64,000 bases of DNA from Candidatus Cloacimonadales bacterium (GTDB lineage: Bacteria; Cloacimonadota; Cloacimonadia; Cloacimonadales; JAFGVF01), in contig OY759729.1 of NCBI GenBank assembly GCA_963662585.1, positions 1,824,001-1,888,000 of the forward strand, given 5' to 3'. Position numbers and translations under genes: made by a program. The notes below the pieces were generated by a model. That model did no database searches. It saw nothing but the letters and a program-made list of their open reading frames with translations, and had not been told where the DNA came from. Positions 1-9,956 of the stretch are shown here, in pieces (position 1 is the stretch's first letter; each line of letters begins with the position of its first letter).

Positions 1-2
1 AA

Positions 3-128
3 GATAATATAGTAGCTACAACAATAGAATTAGTGTTAGGTATTTTACCTGGAAAACAATTTTTGAGAAAAACAGACCCTGAAACAGGATATTTAGAGTT
101 AGTAATAGAAGATGATATACTTAGATAA
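3..128 (+). CDS. 3' end of an upstream CDS (partial, product not recognised)
   Basis: Open frame from the window edge (DNIVATTIELVLGILPGKQFLRKTDPETGYLELVIEDDILR*) ending TAA 126-128 and overlapping the next start. Confidence 0.6.
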   Translation, partial: DNIVATTIELVLGILPGKQFLRKTDPETGYLELVIEDDILR

Positions 129-1266
129 TGCGGCTACATCATTTCCTAAAGCACCTGGCCTTGCAGAAGGAATTGCTTGGCATCTTAACAATATTGCTGG
201 AAATACTGGTCGCTCTTCCTATAGAGCTTCTGTTCATAATTCTATAATGATTTATGAAGCTAGGGAGAAGTTAGCTGACTTGCTTCATTGCTCAGATAGC
301 TCTAGAATAATTTTTACAAATAATGCTACCCACTCTTTAAATATGGTAATTTTAGGAAGTATAAAAGAAGGGGAGAGGATTTTAGTTTCTCCTTTAGAAC
401 ACAATTCAGTAATGCGTCCTTTATCCTACCTCAAGCAGAATAAAAATATTGAAATATTAACTTATAAATTAACTGATAATTTAGAAATAGATTGGACTGA
501 TTTCCACTTTCAGCTCAAGAATAACAAAATTGACAGAGTGGTAACTACTATTTCTTCTAATGTTACCGGGACTATTTTTCCTTTAGAGAAAATTAGTGAA
601 CTTTGTACTCAGTATAATATCCCCCTTCTAGTAGATGCTGCTCAATTTATTGGCTATGAAGAACTAGACTTAAGTAAAATGAATGTTAGTGCTCTTTGTT
701 TTCCTGGTCATAAAGGCTTATTAGGACCAAGTGGTACTGGAGCTTTATGGTTTAAGGAAGATTATGATTTTCAAGCCCTTACTTTTGGTGGGACTGGCTC
801 TAAATCAGATTCAATTCTCCAACCAGATTTCCTTCCTGATAAATATGAAAGTGGGACTTTGAATATTAGTGGTATTTATGGATTGTCTCTTGCTTTAGAT
901 TATCTAAAAAAGAAAGGGATAAGCAATATAAGAAAAGAAAGAAAAGAAATCACCCACTATATACTTCAAAGAATGAATGAAATTGATGAAGCTATTATCT
1001 ACAGTAATTCTGATTTAGATAGACAGATAGGGGTAATTTCCTTTAACCTGAAAAATATACCTTCTTCTGATGTAACTCTACACTTAGATAGAAAAGATAT
1101 TGCGGTCAGAATGGGATTGCATTGTTCTCCCCAAGCCCATAAATTCCTGGGCACTTTAGAGTTAGGTGGAACTGTGAGGATTAGTCCAAGTTCCTTCACA
1201 ACATCAGATGAGATTGATAAAACTATTGAAACATTAAAAGAGATTATTTATGGATTTAAAATTTAA
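112..1266 (+). CDS. Class V PLP-dependent aminotransferase / cysteine desulfurase family protein (selenium-cluster type)
   Basis: IYLDNAATS N-terminus, EHNSV, VDAAQ, FPGHKGLLGP (PLP Lys), RMGLHC catalytic Cys; lies upstream of selD. Confidence 0.9.
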   Translation: MIYLDNAATSFPKAPGLAEGIAWHLNNIAGNTGRSSYRASVHNSIMIYEAREKLADLLHCSDSSRIIFTNNATHSLNMVILGSIKEGERILVSPLEHNSVMRPLSYLKQNKNIEILTYKLTDNLEIDWTDFHFQLKNNKIDRVVTTISSNVTGTIFPLEKISELCTQYNIPLLVDAAQFIGYEELDLSKMNVSALCFPGHKGLLGPSGTGALWFKEDYDFQALTFGGTGSKSDSILQPDFLPDKYESGTLNISGIYGLSLALDYLKKKGISNIRKERKEITHYILQRMNEIDEAIIYSNSDLDRQIGVISFNLKNIPSSDVTLHLDRKDIAVRMGLHCSPQAHKFLGTLELGGTVRISPSSFTTSDEIDKTIETLKEIIYGFKI

Positions 1267-2299
1267 AGTTAAAAAGCTTACTGATTACAGTAAGTACTCC
1301 GGCTGAGGAGCTAAATTGAGTCCAGAGGTTCTGGATAGAGCTTTGTCAGGTATGGTGCAAGCCCATTACCCTAACTTACTGCTTGATTATTCTCATGCTG
1401 AAGATGCAGGTGTTTATCTCATAAATGAGGACTTAGCCATTGTGCAAACTTTGGACTTCTTCCCACCAATTGTAGATGACCCTTATCATTTTGGACAGAT
1501 TGCTGCCTGTAATGCTCTTTCTGATATCTACGCCATGGGAGGAATACCTAAAACTGCTATGAGTATTGTCTGTTTCCCTGATGATACTCTCGATATTGGT
1601 ATTCTTAGAGAAATAATGCAAGGAGCCTTGAGTATCTTAACAGAGGCGGAAACAGCTCTTGTAGGTGGGCATAGTATTAGTGATAGTGATATTAAATTTG
1701 GACTTTCAGTAACGGGTTTTGTTAATCCTAAAAAAATAATTAAGAATAATACACCGCGAGATAAGGATGTAATTATTGTTACTAAACCTATCGGAACAGG
1801 GATTATTAATACTGTGTTAAAAGCAGATATGGCTTCACCTAAATTGATAGACTTGTCAATAAAATACATGACTCAACTCAACAAGAAGGCAGCTGAAATT
1901 GCTTTAAAATATGATATATCATGCGGGACAGATATTACAGGATTTGGTCTCTTAGGCCATCTAGTGGAAATGATTCAAGACTCTTCACTTGGTGCTTTAA
2001 TTCAATATGAGAAGATTAATGTTTTGCCTGAAGTTTTAGATTTTGCTGAAATGGGACTAGTTCCTGCTGGAGCTTATAATAACAAAAATTATAGAAGCTG
2101 TTTTATAAATAATTTTGCTAATCACCCTGCGGAAAAAATGGATATTCTTTTTGATCCTCAAACTTCAGGAGGGCTTATGTTAGGAGTAAATCCTGAACAA
2201 GCAGAATTAATGCTCAAAGAATTACTTGAAGCTGGGATTGATGCCTATATTTGTGGTAAGTTTAGCTCTAGTATTTCTAAGATAGAGGTTGAGTTTTAA
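1250..2299 (+). CDS. selD: Selenide, water dikinase SelD, selenocysteine-containing (UGA at 1304-1306)
   Basis: ATG 1250 gives MDLKFKVKKLTDYSKYSG-U-GAKLSPE, with the in-frame TGA at the catalytic Cys/Sec site of the G(C/U)GxK motif. Also EDAGV, QTLDFFPPIVDDP, NALSDIYAMGG, DITGFGLLGH and DPQTSGGL. The ORF-track start at 1316 omits the catalytic residue. Confidence 0.93.
1307..1344 (+). promoter_or_regulatory. Candidate bacterial SECIS hairpin just 3' of the selD UGA
   Basis: Stem TCCAGA(1321-1326)/TCTGGA(1330-1335) with a GGT apical loop about 21 nt after the UGA; possible lower stem GAGCT/AGCTT. Confidence 0.7.
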
Positions 2300-2538
2300 T
2301 GCAGTTCGTGATTACCTTTCCTTCTTCTCATAATGCTATGCAGGCTAATAAGATATTCTCTTCTAGTGATATAAAATGTGAAATAATTCCTACTCCTAGG
2401 CAAATAAGTTCAGAGTGCGGTTTCGCTATCTTAGGTGAGATTGAAGATATAATAGATTTGACAGAATTTAGCTCGATAAATAAACTAAAAATTGATAAAA
2501 TATATATAAAGAGAGGGGAGATTTATGAAGAGTGTTGA
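2299..2538 (+). CDS. DUF3343-like small protein (putative Se/S carrier)
   Basis: F.S.H.A...IIPTPRQISSECG motif typical of this family; located between selD and yedF. Confidence 0.75.
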   Translation: MQFVITFPSSHNAMQANKIFSSSDIKCEIIPTPRQISSECGFAILGEIEDIIDLTEFSSINKLKIDKIYIKRGEIYEEC

Positions 2539-3142
2539 TGGCAGAAAACTAGCTTGTCCAAAGCCTGTTTTGTTAACCAAAGAAGCAATTAGTGATGAAT
2601 CAACTAATCAAGTTGAAGTGATTGTAGATAACTCTGCAGCCTTAGAGAATGTTAAAAGATTTCTTGTGAAATTTGGTTTTGAGGTTAAGGATGTTCAGCA
2701 GAAGGCTAATGACTATCATATTTTTGCTGATAGACTGGAAATTATTGACTCTGACTCCGAATTCGATGTTAATGAATATCCTTGTCCTGTGCCAAATACC
2801 GCAAATAAAGGGAAAACAATATTTATTAAGAGTGAATTCCTAGGTATCGGAGATGATAAACTAGGTGCTTTACTTATGAAAGCATTCATCTATACTTTGA
2901 ATGAAGTTGATAACCAACCAGTGAGGCTTCTCTTTATGAATTCAGGAGTAAAACTCTGTATTGAGAATGCAATTACTCTTGATAATTTGCAAAAATTAGA
3001 AGAGAAAGGTGTGGATATTTTAGTTTGTGGTACTTGCTTAGATTTCTTTGGATTATCAGACAAATTAAAAGTTGGCAAAGTATCAAATATGTACGATATA
3101 GCTGGAAGTCTTACTAGCGACAAGGATGTGGTAACTATTTAA
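2525..3142 (+). CDS. yedF: Selenium metabolism protein YedF (SirA/TusA-like domain plus DsrE-like domain)
   Basis: DGRKLACPKPV (TusA CPxP), LGALLMKAFIYTL, FMNSGV, CGTCLDFF, GKVSNMYDI. Confidence 0.85.
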   Translation: MKSVDGRKLACPKPVLLTKEAISDESTNQVEVIVDNSAALENVKRFLVKFGFEVKDVQQKANDYHIFADRLEIIDSDSEFDVNEYPCPVPNTANKGKTIFIKSEFLGIGDDKLGALLMKAFIYTLNEVDNQPVRLLFMNSGVKLCIENAITLDNLQKLEEKGVDILVCGTCLDFFGLSDKLKVGKVSNMYDIAGSLTSDKDVVTI

Positions 3143-3188
3143 TGATTTAAAAGACAAAATCTTGGTCAAAGCAAATATAATTATGATT

Positions 3189-3217
3189 AGGGCAAACTTC
3201 AGTGATTGCCCTTTTTT
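3189..3217. terminator. Intrinsic terminator-like hairpin between convergent genes
   Basis: AGGGCAA...TTGCCCT followed by a T run. Confidence 0.65.
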
Positions 3218-5558
3218 ATAGCTTCTTTTTAATTTTATAAGCTCTTTCTAATATAATGGTTAAGTGTTTAATGTTAATAGGTTTACTAATATAGTTATCC
3301 ATCCCTGCATCTAGATATTTGCTTTCATCTTCTGTTTTAGCATTCGCAGTAACTGCAACAATATATGGTTGAAGAAGGTCTTTCTTTTCTCTAATTAATT
3401 CCATAGCCTTCACCCCGTTCATAACTGGCATTTCAACATCCATTAAGATAATATCATAAATGTTGTTTATTGCTTTCTCATAAGCCTCTTTGCCATTATT
3501 GACTAAAGTAGGTAGATATCCAAGTTTTTTAAGGATAGCTATAATTAATTTTTGATTAATTTTATTATCTTCAGCAATTAAAATTTTAAGTGGGTAGTGT
3601 TTAGCAAAATCTTTATCAAATTTAAAGTGTGTAGAAATAGTTTGGTCTATCTTTTTAATATTTTCTTCAGTAGAAGGAGAAATATTTAATTCTACTGTGA
3701 AAGTTGAGCCTCGCCCGTATTTACTTTTAACATAAACTTTACCTTGCATTGCATCAACTAATCTTTTAACAATAGCTAGACCTAAACCCGTTCCACCGGT
3801 TTGATTTGTTATTGATGATTTAGTTTGGGTAAAAGGTTCAAAGAGGTTCTTTAAATCTTCATTTTTTATCCCAATTCCAGTATCTTGAATAGAGAATCTA
3901 TAATAGTTTTCTTGGATCATTTTTTCGAAAGTAATTTCTATGCCACCTGTATCAGTGAATTTTACGGCATTATAGATAATATTCAACAATATCTGCTTAA
4001 TTCTGATTTTGTCTCCATAAAAAAAGTTCTTCCCTTCTTTGTCATAGACAAATTTTATATATAGTCCTTTTTCTCTAATTCTAGAAATTACGATTGTTTC
4101 TATTTCGTGAAAAAGTTCGACTATTGAGAAGTTAGACTTTATAAGAGAGAAATTTGTTGATTCAAGTTTAGAAAAGTCTAAGACATCGTTAATAACCTCG
4201 AGTAATGTTCTTCCAGAAATTTTGATAGAGTTAACAAAATCTTCTTGTTCTGCGTCAAGATGAGTATCCCTTAATAGGTCAGTCATTCCTAAAATACCAT
4301 TGAGGGGAGTTCTGATCTCATGGCTCATTGTTGCTAAGAATTGACTTTTAGCAATATTCGCCGTTTCAGCTCTTTCTGTTTCTAATTTCAATTTATTTTG
4401 AAATTCAATAAATCGAGTGATATCCCGGGAAATAATGGAAATTCCCACTACTTCATCGTTAAATACGATAGGGCTTGAAGAGAGCTCTCTGTAAATGGTT
4501 TTATTATCAACTTTTACCACAATATTCTTTTTCCTGCTACTCCCTTGAAAAGCATTTTCTATGAAACTTCTATGAGCTTCTAACTTGCTAGCTTCTTTAT
4601 GAAGATAGAGGTTTAAACCAATTTCTATTTTAAAACCATACTCTCTAAGAAGATGTTCTTGATAAGATTTATTGAAATAAACAACATTTCCCAGAATATC
4701 TAAAGAGATGATCATTTCATCAATACTTTCAAGGAGAGAGTTAAGGTAGAGTTTTGTTTTAGTTAACTCTGAATGGGTCTTAATTTCATCATCTATGTCT
4801 CTGTAAATAGCATATAATCCGAAAGAACCATCTGGGAATCTAATTCTAGTACTCACTAAAGAGACATTCTTGGGATGTCCATCCTTGTGATATCTGATTA
4901 GGTTAATTTTAATAGTTTCTTGTGTTTCTAAGTCACGGTTAATTTTTTTACCAGCTTCTCGATCTTCAATTGAACAAATTGCATCATCAATAGATTTGCC
5001 AATTAAATCATCAGGCGTGTACCCAAAAATTTTAGTGAACATTGGATTTATACTAACAACATAACCATCTTCAGAGGTAAGAGCAATTGCTTCAGGAGCA
5101 TTTTCGAAAAGTGTCTTGAACATTACCTCTTGTTTAGCAAGTTGATCTTCAATTAAATGAGTTTTAAAACTTGTTCTGGAGTTATCTATAATTGATTTAA
5201 TAGCTATTGGTAGGCGAAAAGAGAATTTAGCATCACTTAAACTATAATCTTTAACCCCTAGTTCAAGAAGATGCTTTATATCACCAACTTTAGTCCTTTC
5301 GACAAAGGCGAATATTGGTACTTGCGGTCTTAGGGAATTTAAAAAGGTGATAATTTGCTCACTTTTTCCCCAAGTGATATTGCAATAAAGAATCGCAATA
5401 TCGAAAGCGTTACTTTCGAAAATACTTTTAAACTCTTGCCAAGCCTGAACGCTAGAAATTATTGATTCTGGGAAATCAGTATTAAGTCGTTCTTTAGCAA
5501 TAACTAAGTCCTGATTATTTTCGTGAATGATTAAAAATTTATATATTTCTCTTTTCAT
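3216..5558 (-). CDS. Hybrid sensor histidine kinase (degenerate receiver, 2 PAS, HisKA, HATPase, receiver)
   Basis: FLATMSHEIRTPLNG H-box, NAVKFT, DTGIG, GGTGLGL; C-terminal AEDN...MDVEMP...SKP receiver. Confidence 0.92.
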   Translation of the reverse strand: MKREIYKFLIIHENNQDLVIAKERLNTDFPESIISSVQAWQEFKSIFESNAFDIAILYCNITWGKSEQIITFLNSLRPQVPIFAFVERTKVGDIKHLLELGVKDYSLSDAKFSFRLPIAIKSIIDNSRTSFKTHLIEDQLAKQEVMFKTLFENAPEAIALTSEDGYVVSINPMFTKIFGYTPDDLIGKSIDDAICSIEDREAGKKINRDLETQETIKINLIRYHKDGHPKNVSLVSTRIRFPDGSFGLYAIYRDIDDEIKTHSELTKTKLYLNSLLESIDEMIISLDILGNVVYFNKSYQEHLLREYGFKIEIGLNLYLHKEASKLEAHRSFIENAFQGSSRKKNIVVKVDNKTIYRELSSSPIVFNDEVVGISIISRDITRFIEFQNKLKLETERAETANIAKSQFLATMSHEIRTPLNGILGMTDLLRDTHLDAEQEDFVNSIKISGRTLLEVINDVLDFSKLESTNFSLIKSNFSIVELFHEIETIVISRIREKGLYIKFVYDKEGKNFFYGDKIRIKQILLNIIYNAVKFTDTGGIEITFEKMIQENYYRFSIQDTGIGIKNEDLKNLFEPFTQTKSSITNQTGGTGLGLAIVKRLVDAMQGKVYVKSKYGRGSTFTVELNISPSTEENIKKIDQTISTHFKFDKDFAKHYPLKILIAEDNKINQKLIIAILKKLGYLPTLVNNGKEAYEKAINNIYDIILMDVEMPVMNGVKAMELIREKKDLLQPYIVAVTANAKTEDESKYLDAGMDNYISKPINIKHLTIILERAYKIKKKL

Positions 5559-5663
5559 ATTAATAAAAATAAACTATATTGTATTTTAGTCAATCTAAAA
5601 AAGAAAAAAATATAAAAAAAGTAATAGATTGAGAAAAAAATAAGATTAGAATAAGGAGTCTCT

Positions 5664-6581
5664 ATGAAAAGAGGAGTGTTTTTTTTAATTGCGATAACAA
5701 TAATATCAGTTTTTGCTTGTAGTAAAGATACTAAAGTTGAAGAGAATTATTTCGTAAGCATTTTACCACAAAAGTATTTTGTTGAGAGAGTAGTTGGTGA
5801 GATGTTTAATATCGAGGTACTTGTTAAGCCAGGAGAAAGTCCTGCTACTTATGAACCAACTACCAAACAGATGATTGGATTAAGTAAGGCTAAAGCTCTA
5901 TTTACTATTGGAGTGGCTTTTGAAGATAATTTAATTCCAAAACTTAAAGAACAATATCCTAAGCTAGGAATAGTAGCCACTGATAAAAATATTATTAAGC
6001 ATAATCCTGCTAGTTTTGTAGAAATTTTTGCAGAGGAAGATCATACTTCTCATCAGCATAATGAAGAAATGGATGAACACCACCACCATGAAGGATTAGA
6101 TCCGCATATTTGGCTAAGTCCCGACCTAGTAAAAATACAAGTAACTAATATTGCAGATTATTTTATCAGAGCATATCCAGAGGAAAAGTCTTATTTTGAA
6201 AAGAATAGGGATGCCTTTATTGCGGAATTAGATGAGGTCTCTCAAGAGATAAAACAAATATTTATAAATAAAGAAAGCAGAGAATTTTTATGTTTTCATC
6301 CTGCTTGGGGATATTTTGCTGATCAATTTAATTTGAAACAGATTCCTATTGAAATAGAAGGGAAAGAGCCAACCCCTAGAGAACAAGAACAGATTATAGA
6401 ATTCGCTCAAACTCAAGGAATTAAATTTATTTTTGTACAGGCCCAGTTTGATCAAAGAGTCGCATCTTCAATAGCAGAACAAATTTCTGGTTCAGTAATT
6501 TTGATTGACCCTTTAGCTGAAAATTATTTAGTTAACTTAAAAAATATCGCTATTAAATTAGCAGAAAGTATGGGAAAATGA
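5664..6581 (+). CDS. znuA: Zinc/metal ABC transporter substrate-binding lipoprotein
   Basis: Lipobox VFAC, His-rich loop, DPHIWLSP, FHPAWGYF. Confidence 0.88.
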   Translation: MKRGVFFLIAITIISVFACSKDTKVEENYFVSILPQKYFVERVVGEMFNIEVLVKPGESPATYEPTTKQMIGLSKAKALFTIGVAFEDNLIPKLKEQYPKLGIVATDKNIIKHNPASFVEIFAEEDHTSHQHNEEMDEHHHHEGLDPHIWLSPDLVKIQVTNIADYFIRAYPEEKSYFEKNRDAFIAELDEVSQEIKQIFINKESREFLCFHPAWGYFADQFNLKQIPIEIEGKEPTPREQEQIIEFAQTQGIKFIFVQAQFDQRVASSIAEQISGSVILIDPLAENYLVNLKNIAIKLAESMGK

Positions 6582-7306
6582 ATGTAATTGAATTTGAAGA
6601 TGTAGATTTTAACTATGATAACAGTCCAGCATTAATAGATATAAATTTTTCTATTGATAGTAATGATTTTGTAGCTATAGTTGGACCTAACGGAGGGGGC
6701 AAGTCAACACTGCTTAAGTTAATTCTTGCCCAGTTATCCCCTTCAAAGGGAACAATAAGCGTGTTTGGAGAGAAGAACTATAAGTCTTTAGAGAAACTAG
6801 GTTATGTTCCTCAATTCACTACTCATCAACATGATTTTCCATTAAGGTTGATGGATATGGTTTTACAGGGTCGGCTTAGAAGCAACTCTCTCTTTGTTAG
6901 ACATTCCCGAGAGGATAAGAGAAGAGCAACTGAAATATTAGAAATGCTTAAGATTGGTGAATTTAAAGATAGGTTCTTGTCAGAACTATCAGGAGGGCAG
7001 AGACAAAGGGCTCTAATTGCTCGAGCTTTAATTGATGACCCAGAAATCTTAATTTTAGATGAGCCTACTGCTTCTGTAGATATCTCAGTTGAACAAGATA
7101 TTTATGATATTTTGAAGAATTTAAACAAGAATATGACTATTTTGTTGGTTACTCATGATGTTAGTTTTGTCTCTAAATATGTAAATAAGGTATTTTGTGT
7201 TAATAGATATCTTCATGCTCATCAGTTGGATGAATTAACAGATACTAATGCTCAGGAAGTATATAATAAATCAATGAAAATGATAAAACATCAGTGTGGA
7301 TTATAA
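6578..7306 (+). CDS. znuC: Metal ABC transporter ATP-binding protein
   Basis: GPNGGGKST, GYVPQ, LSGGQRQR, LDEPT, VTHD. Confidence 0.9.
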   Translation: MNVIEFEDVDFNYDNSPALIDINFSIDSNDFVAIVGPNGGGKSTLLKLILAQLSPSKGTISVFGEKNYKSLEKLGYVPQFTTHQHDFPLRLMDMVLQGRLRSNSLFVRHSREDKRRATEILEMLKIGEFKDRFLSELSGGQRQRALIARALIDDPEILILDEPTASVDISVEQDIYDILKNLNKNMTILLVTHDVSFVSKYVNKVFCVNRYLHAHQLDELTDTNAQEVYNKSMKMIKHQCGL

Positions 7307-7307
7307 G

Positions 7308-8114
7308 ATGGAATTTTTTGAATCACTATTCACTGTCTCATTTCTAAGAAATGCCTTATTAGCTGGATTAATGGCCAGCATTGTTTGCGGAGTTACTGGA
7401 AGCTTGGTTGTAGTTAAAAGAATATCTTTCGTTAGTGGAGCAATTGCTCATTCAGTTTTAGGTGGCATAGGAATAGCTTATTTCTTGAATATTTCTCCTA
7501 CGATTGGGGCCTTTGTTTTTGCTATATTGGCTGCTATTTTAATTAGTATTATTAAACAGAAGAAGAAGCAAAACGAAGATACTGTTTTAAGCGCTTTTTG
7601 GGCTGTGGGTATGGCTATAGGTATCATATTTATGTCAATGACTCCTGGTTATAACTCCAATCTAATGAGTTATCTTTTTGGGAACATACTTTTGGTTACC
7701 AACTCTGATCTTTGGTCTCTCTTGGCTTTGGTTTTTGTGATTGTCATTACAGTAGTAATATTTTACAGACAGTTCTTAGCAATGATTTTTGATGAAGAAT
7801 ATGCCCGGTTAAAGAAAATAAAGGTAAATTTTCTCTACACTCTTTTACTTATCTTGATTTCGCTTAGTGTAGTTATTCTTATTAGAGTAGTTGGTATTAT
7901 TCTGGTCATTGCACTTCTTACCCTACCAGCAGCTATTTCAAGATTATTTAATCGTTCTATTGGGGGGATGATGTTCTGGGCTTCAATTTTGGGACTAGTT
8001 TTCACCTTTCTTGGTCTGTGGTTATCATATTTACTAAATCTTCCTACAGGCTCTGTGATCATCGTTTTAGCTGGCATAAGCTATATTATAGGTGCTTTTG
8101 CTGTAAAGAAATAG
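7308..8114 (+). CDS. znuB: Metal ABC transporter permease
   Basis: Hydrophobic ABC-3 permease with AIAHSVLGG, YLFGNIL and VVGIILVIALLTLPA. ATG 7308 preferred over GTG 7296. Confidence 0.9.
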   Translation: MEFFESLFTVSFLRNALLAGLMASIVCGVTGSLVVVKRISFVSGAIAHSVLGGIGIAYFLNISPTIGAFVFAILAAILISIIKQKKKQNEDTVLSAFWAVGMAIGIIFMSMTPGYNSNLMSYLFGNILLVTNSDLWSLLALVFVIVITVVIFYRQFLAMIFDEEYARLKKIKVNFLYTLLLILISLSVVILIRVVGIILVIALLTLPAAISRLFNRSIGGMMFWASILGLVFTFLGLWLSYLLNLPTGSVIIVLAGISYIIGAFAVKK

Positions 8115-8133
8115 GGGTAGCTAACTACCCCTA
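8112..8133. terminator. Hairpin between convergent znuB and ptb
   Basis: TAGGGGTAG ctaa CTACCCCTA perfect 9-bp stem. Confidence 0.65.
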
Positions 8134-8153
8134 AAGTTATTATATTTTAACTA

Positions 8154-9056
8154 TTAATTATTAGCTACAAGTAAACCCATTGCCATACAGAGCATTTTAG
8201 TCTCTCCTGAGTCTGCTCTTGAAGGAATAAGGATTGGTACTTTAGTTCCCATAACAGCATGAGCTACGCGATAATTACAGTAATAAGTTAACATTTTACC
8301 ATAAATATTACCTGCTTCAATATTAGGAACGATGAGCACATCAGCTTTACCACCAACAGGAGAATTAATCCCTTTGATTTTACAAGCTTCTTCATCAATT
8401 GCATTATCAAATGCTAGAGGTCCATCTACTGTGCAACCTTTGATTTGTCCTCTCTTATTCATTGCTGAAATAATTGCTGCATCAATGGTTGCTGGCATTT
8501 TGGGATTTACCTTTTCAACTGCACAGATTAAGGCAATTTTAGGGTCTTTTATTCCAAAAGCTCTTGCTACTTGAGCTCCACTATTTACGATTGCCACTTT
8601 TTCAGCTAATTCAGGTAAGAGGTTGATTCCTCCATCACCCATAAAAAGAATCTTCTCAGGATGTTCATAAGCAAGAATATCACAAATTACTTTACTAGTT
8701 CTAATTCCAGTTTCTTTATCTAAAACTGCTTTTAAGAGAAGAGCTGTATCAGCTTTTCCTTTCAAAATAACATGTCCTTTATTCTCTTTAGCTAAGCGGA
8801 CACTCACTTTACAAGCTTCAACTAAATCACTGCCTGTATCGATAATTTCGAAAGTATCAGCAATTTCTGGAGCCATAGATTGTAAAAGATGCTTGATTTT
8901 TTCTGCATCTCCAACTAGAATACTGTCACAAAGACCCTCTGTTTTTGCTAAGATTGCTGCTTCTAAAGGAAGTTCTCCTTGAGCTCCGGCAATAATTGCT
9001 TTTTTACCTTCAATAGCCTTGGCAGCTTCTAACATCTCTGTAAAGTTTTTAATCAT
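8154..9056 (-). CDS. ptb: Phosphate butyryltransferase / phosphate acyltransferase
   Basis: VDGPLAFDNAI, ADVLIVPNIEAGNI, PSRADS. Confidence 0.85.
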   Translation of the reverse strand: MIKNFTEMLEAAKAIEGKKAIIAGAQGELPLEAAILAKTEGLCDSILVGDAEKIKHLLQSMAPEIADTFEIIDTGSDLVEACKVSVRLAKENKGHVILKGKADTALLLKAVLDKETGIRTSKVICDILAYEHPEKILFMGDGGINLLPELAEKVAIVNSGAQVARAFGIKDPKIALICAVEKVNPKMPATIDAAIISAMNKRGQIKGCTVDGPLAFDNAIDEEACKIKGINSPVGGKADVLIVPNIEAGNIYGKMLTYYCNYRVAHAVMGTKVPILIPSRADSGETKMLCMAMGLLVANN

Positions 9057-9068
9057 TTCTCCTCCAAT

Positions 9069-9929
9069 TTATAATTCATTATTTTTAAAATATTCTTCAA
9101 ACTTCTCTTTATGATAGGAAATCTTATCTCTGATCTTCTCTAAAGCTATTATCTGAAGTTGCCTTACTCTCTCTCTTGATAGTCCCATTTTTTCTGCTAT
9201 TTGAGCAAAGTTCTCCGATTTATTATCTTTCAACCCGAAATAGGAATTGATGATAAATTTTTCTCTGGGACTTAAGGATTCAATCGCATTATCAATCTCT
9301 TGGGTAATCTTCTCTTTATAATAAATGGACTGGGGATCTTGAGATTCTATATTACTAATAAAATCTCCTAAAGATAAGCCTTCATCATCACCAATCTTAG
9401 AATCCATAGATAAGGTATCAACAATTTGATGCTTCAATTTCTTGATAATTTTCTCATTTATATCTGTATTATTACTAAGTTCTTGGTCCGAAGCATGCCG
9501 TCCTGTTTTAGTATAAATAGAAGATTCTGTCGATTTTAGTTTATAAGCAGTATTGATTTTTCCAAGAGGAACTTTTATCATCGAACTTCTTTCAGCTACT
9601 GCTTGCATAATCTTTTGCTTTATCCACCAGATAGCATAAGAGATAAGTTTTATATTTTTATCAGGGTCAAATTTTTGAATTGCTCTGATTAATCCTAAGT
9701 TTCCTTCACTAATGAGCTCTGATAAAGTTAAGCCACGATTCTGATATTTAGCTGCTATTTTAACCACAAACTTTAAATTAGCTTGGAGAAGCTTATTCAT
9801 TGCGTCTTGGTCTCCTCTTGCTGCTTTTATCGCGAGAGCATTCTCCTCTTCTCTAGTATAAGTACCAAATTTGGAAATCTGGTTTAAATAACTCTGAAGA
9901 GCTCTGTCAGAAAATACATTTTCACTCAT
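9069..9929 (-). CDS. Sigma-70 family RNA polymerase sigma factor, RpoD/RpoS-like, lacking region 1.1
   Basis: Region 1.2 YLNQI, region 2 ANLKFVV/ELISEGNLGLIRA/SYAIWWIKQ, region 4 LSRERVRQL; 286 aa. Confidence 0.9.
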   Translation of the reverse strand: MSENVFSDRALQSYLNQISKFGTYTREEENALAIKAARGDQDAMNKLLQANLKFVVKIAAKYQNRGLTLSELISEGNLGLIRAIQKFDPDKNIKLISYAIWWIKQKIMQAVAERSSMIKVPLGKINTAYKLKSTESSIYTKTGRHASDQELSNNTDINEKIIKKLKHQIVDTLSMDSKIGDDEGLSLGDFISNIESQDPQSIYYKEKITQEIDNAIESLSPREKFIINSYFGLKDNKSENFAQIAEKMGLSRERVRQLQIIALEKIRDKISYHKEKFEEYFKNNEL

Positions 9930-9956
9930 CTTTTATCTCCTAATTATCTGTATAAA

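Noticed and set aside
1304..1306. Genome-wide UGA reassignment (genetic code 4 or 25)
   Set aside because: Several genes end cleanly at TGA (znuA, dxr, second CHR gene, uracil permease), Trp is TGG, and tRNA-Trp has a CCA anticodon.
1316..1318. TTG start for selD, or selD as a pseudogene
   Set aside because: This would omit the catalytic residue and Lys; the in-frame ATG 1250 and SECIS-like hairpin favour Sec read-through.
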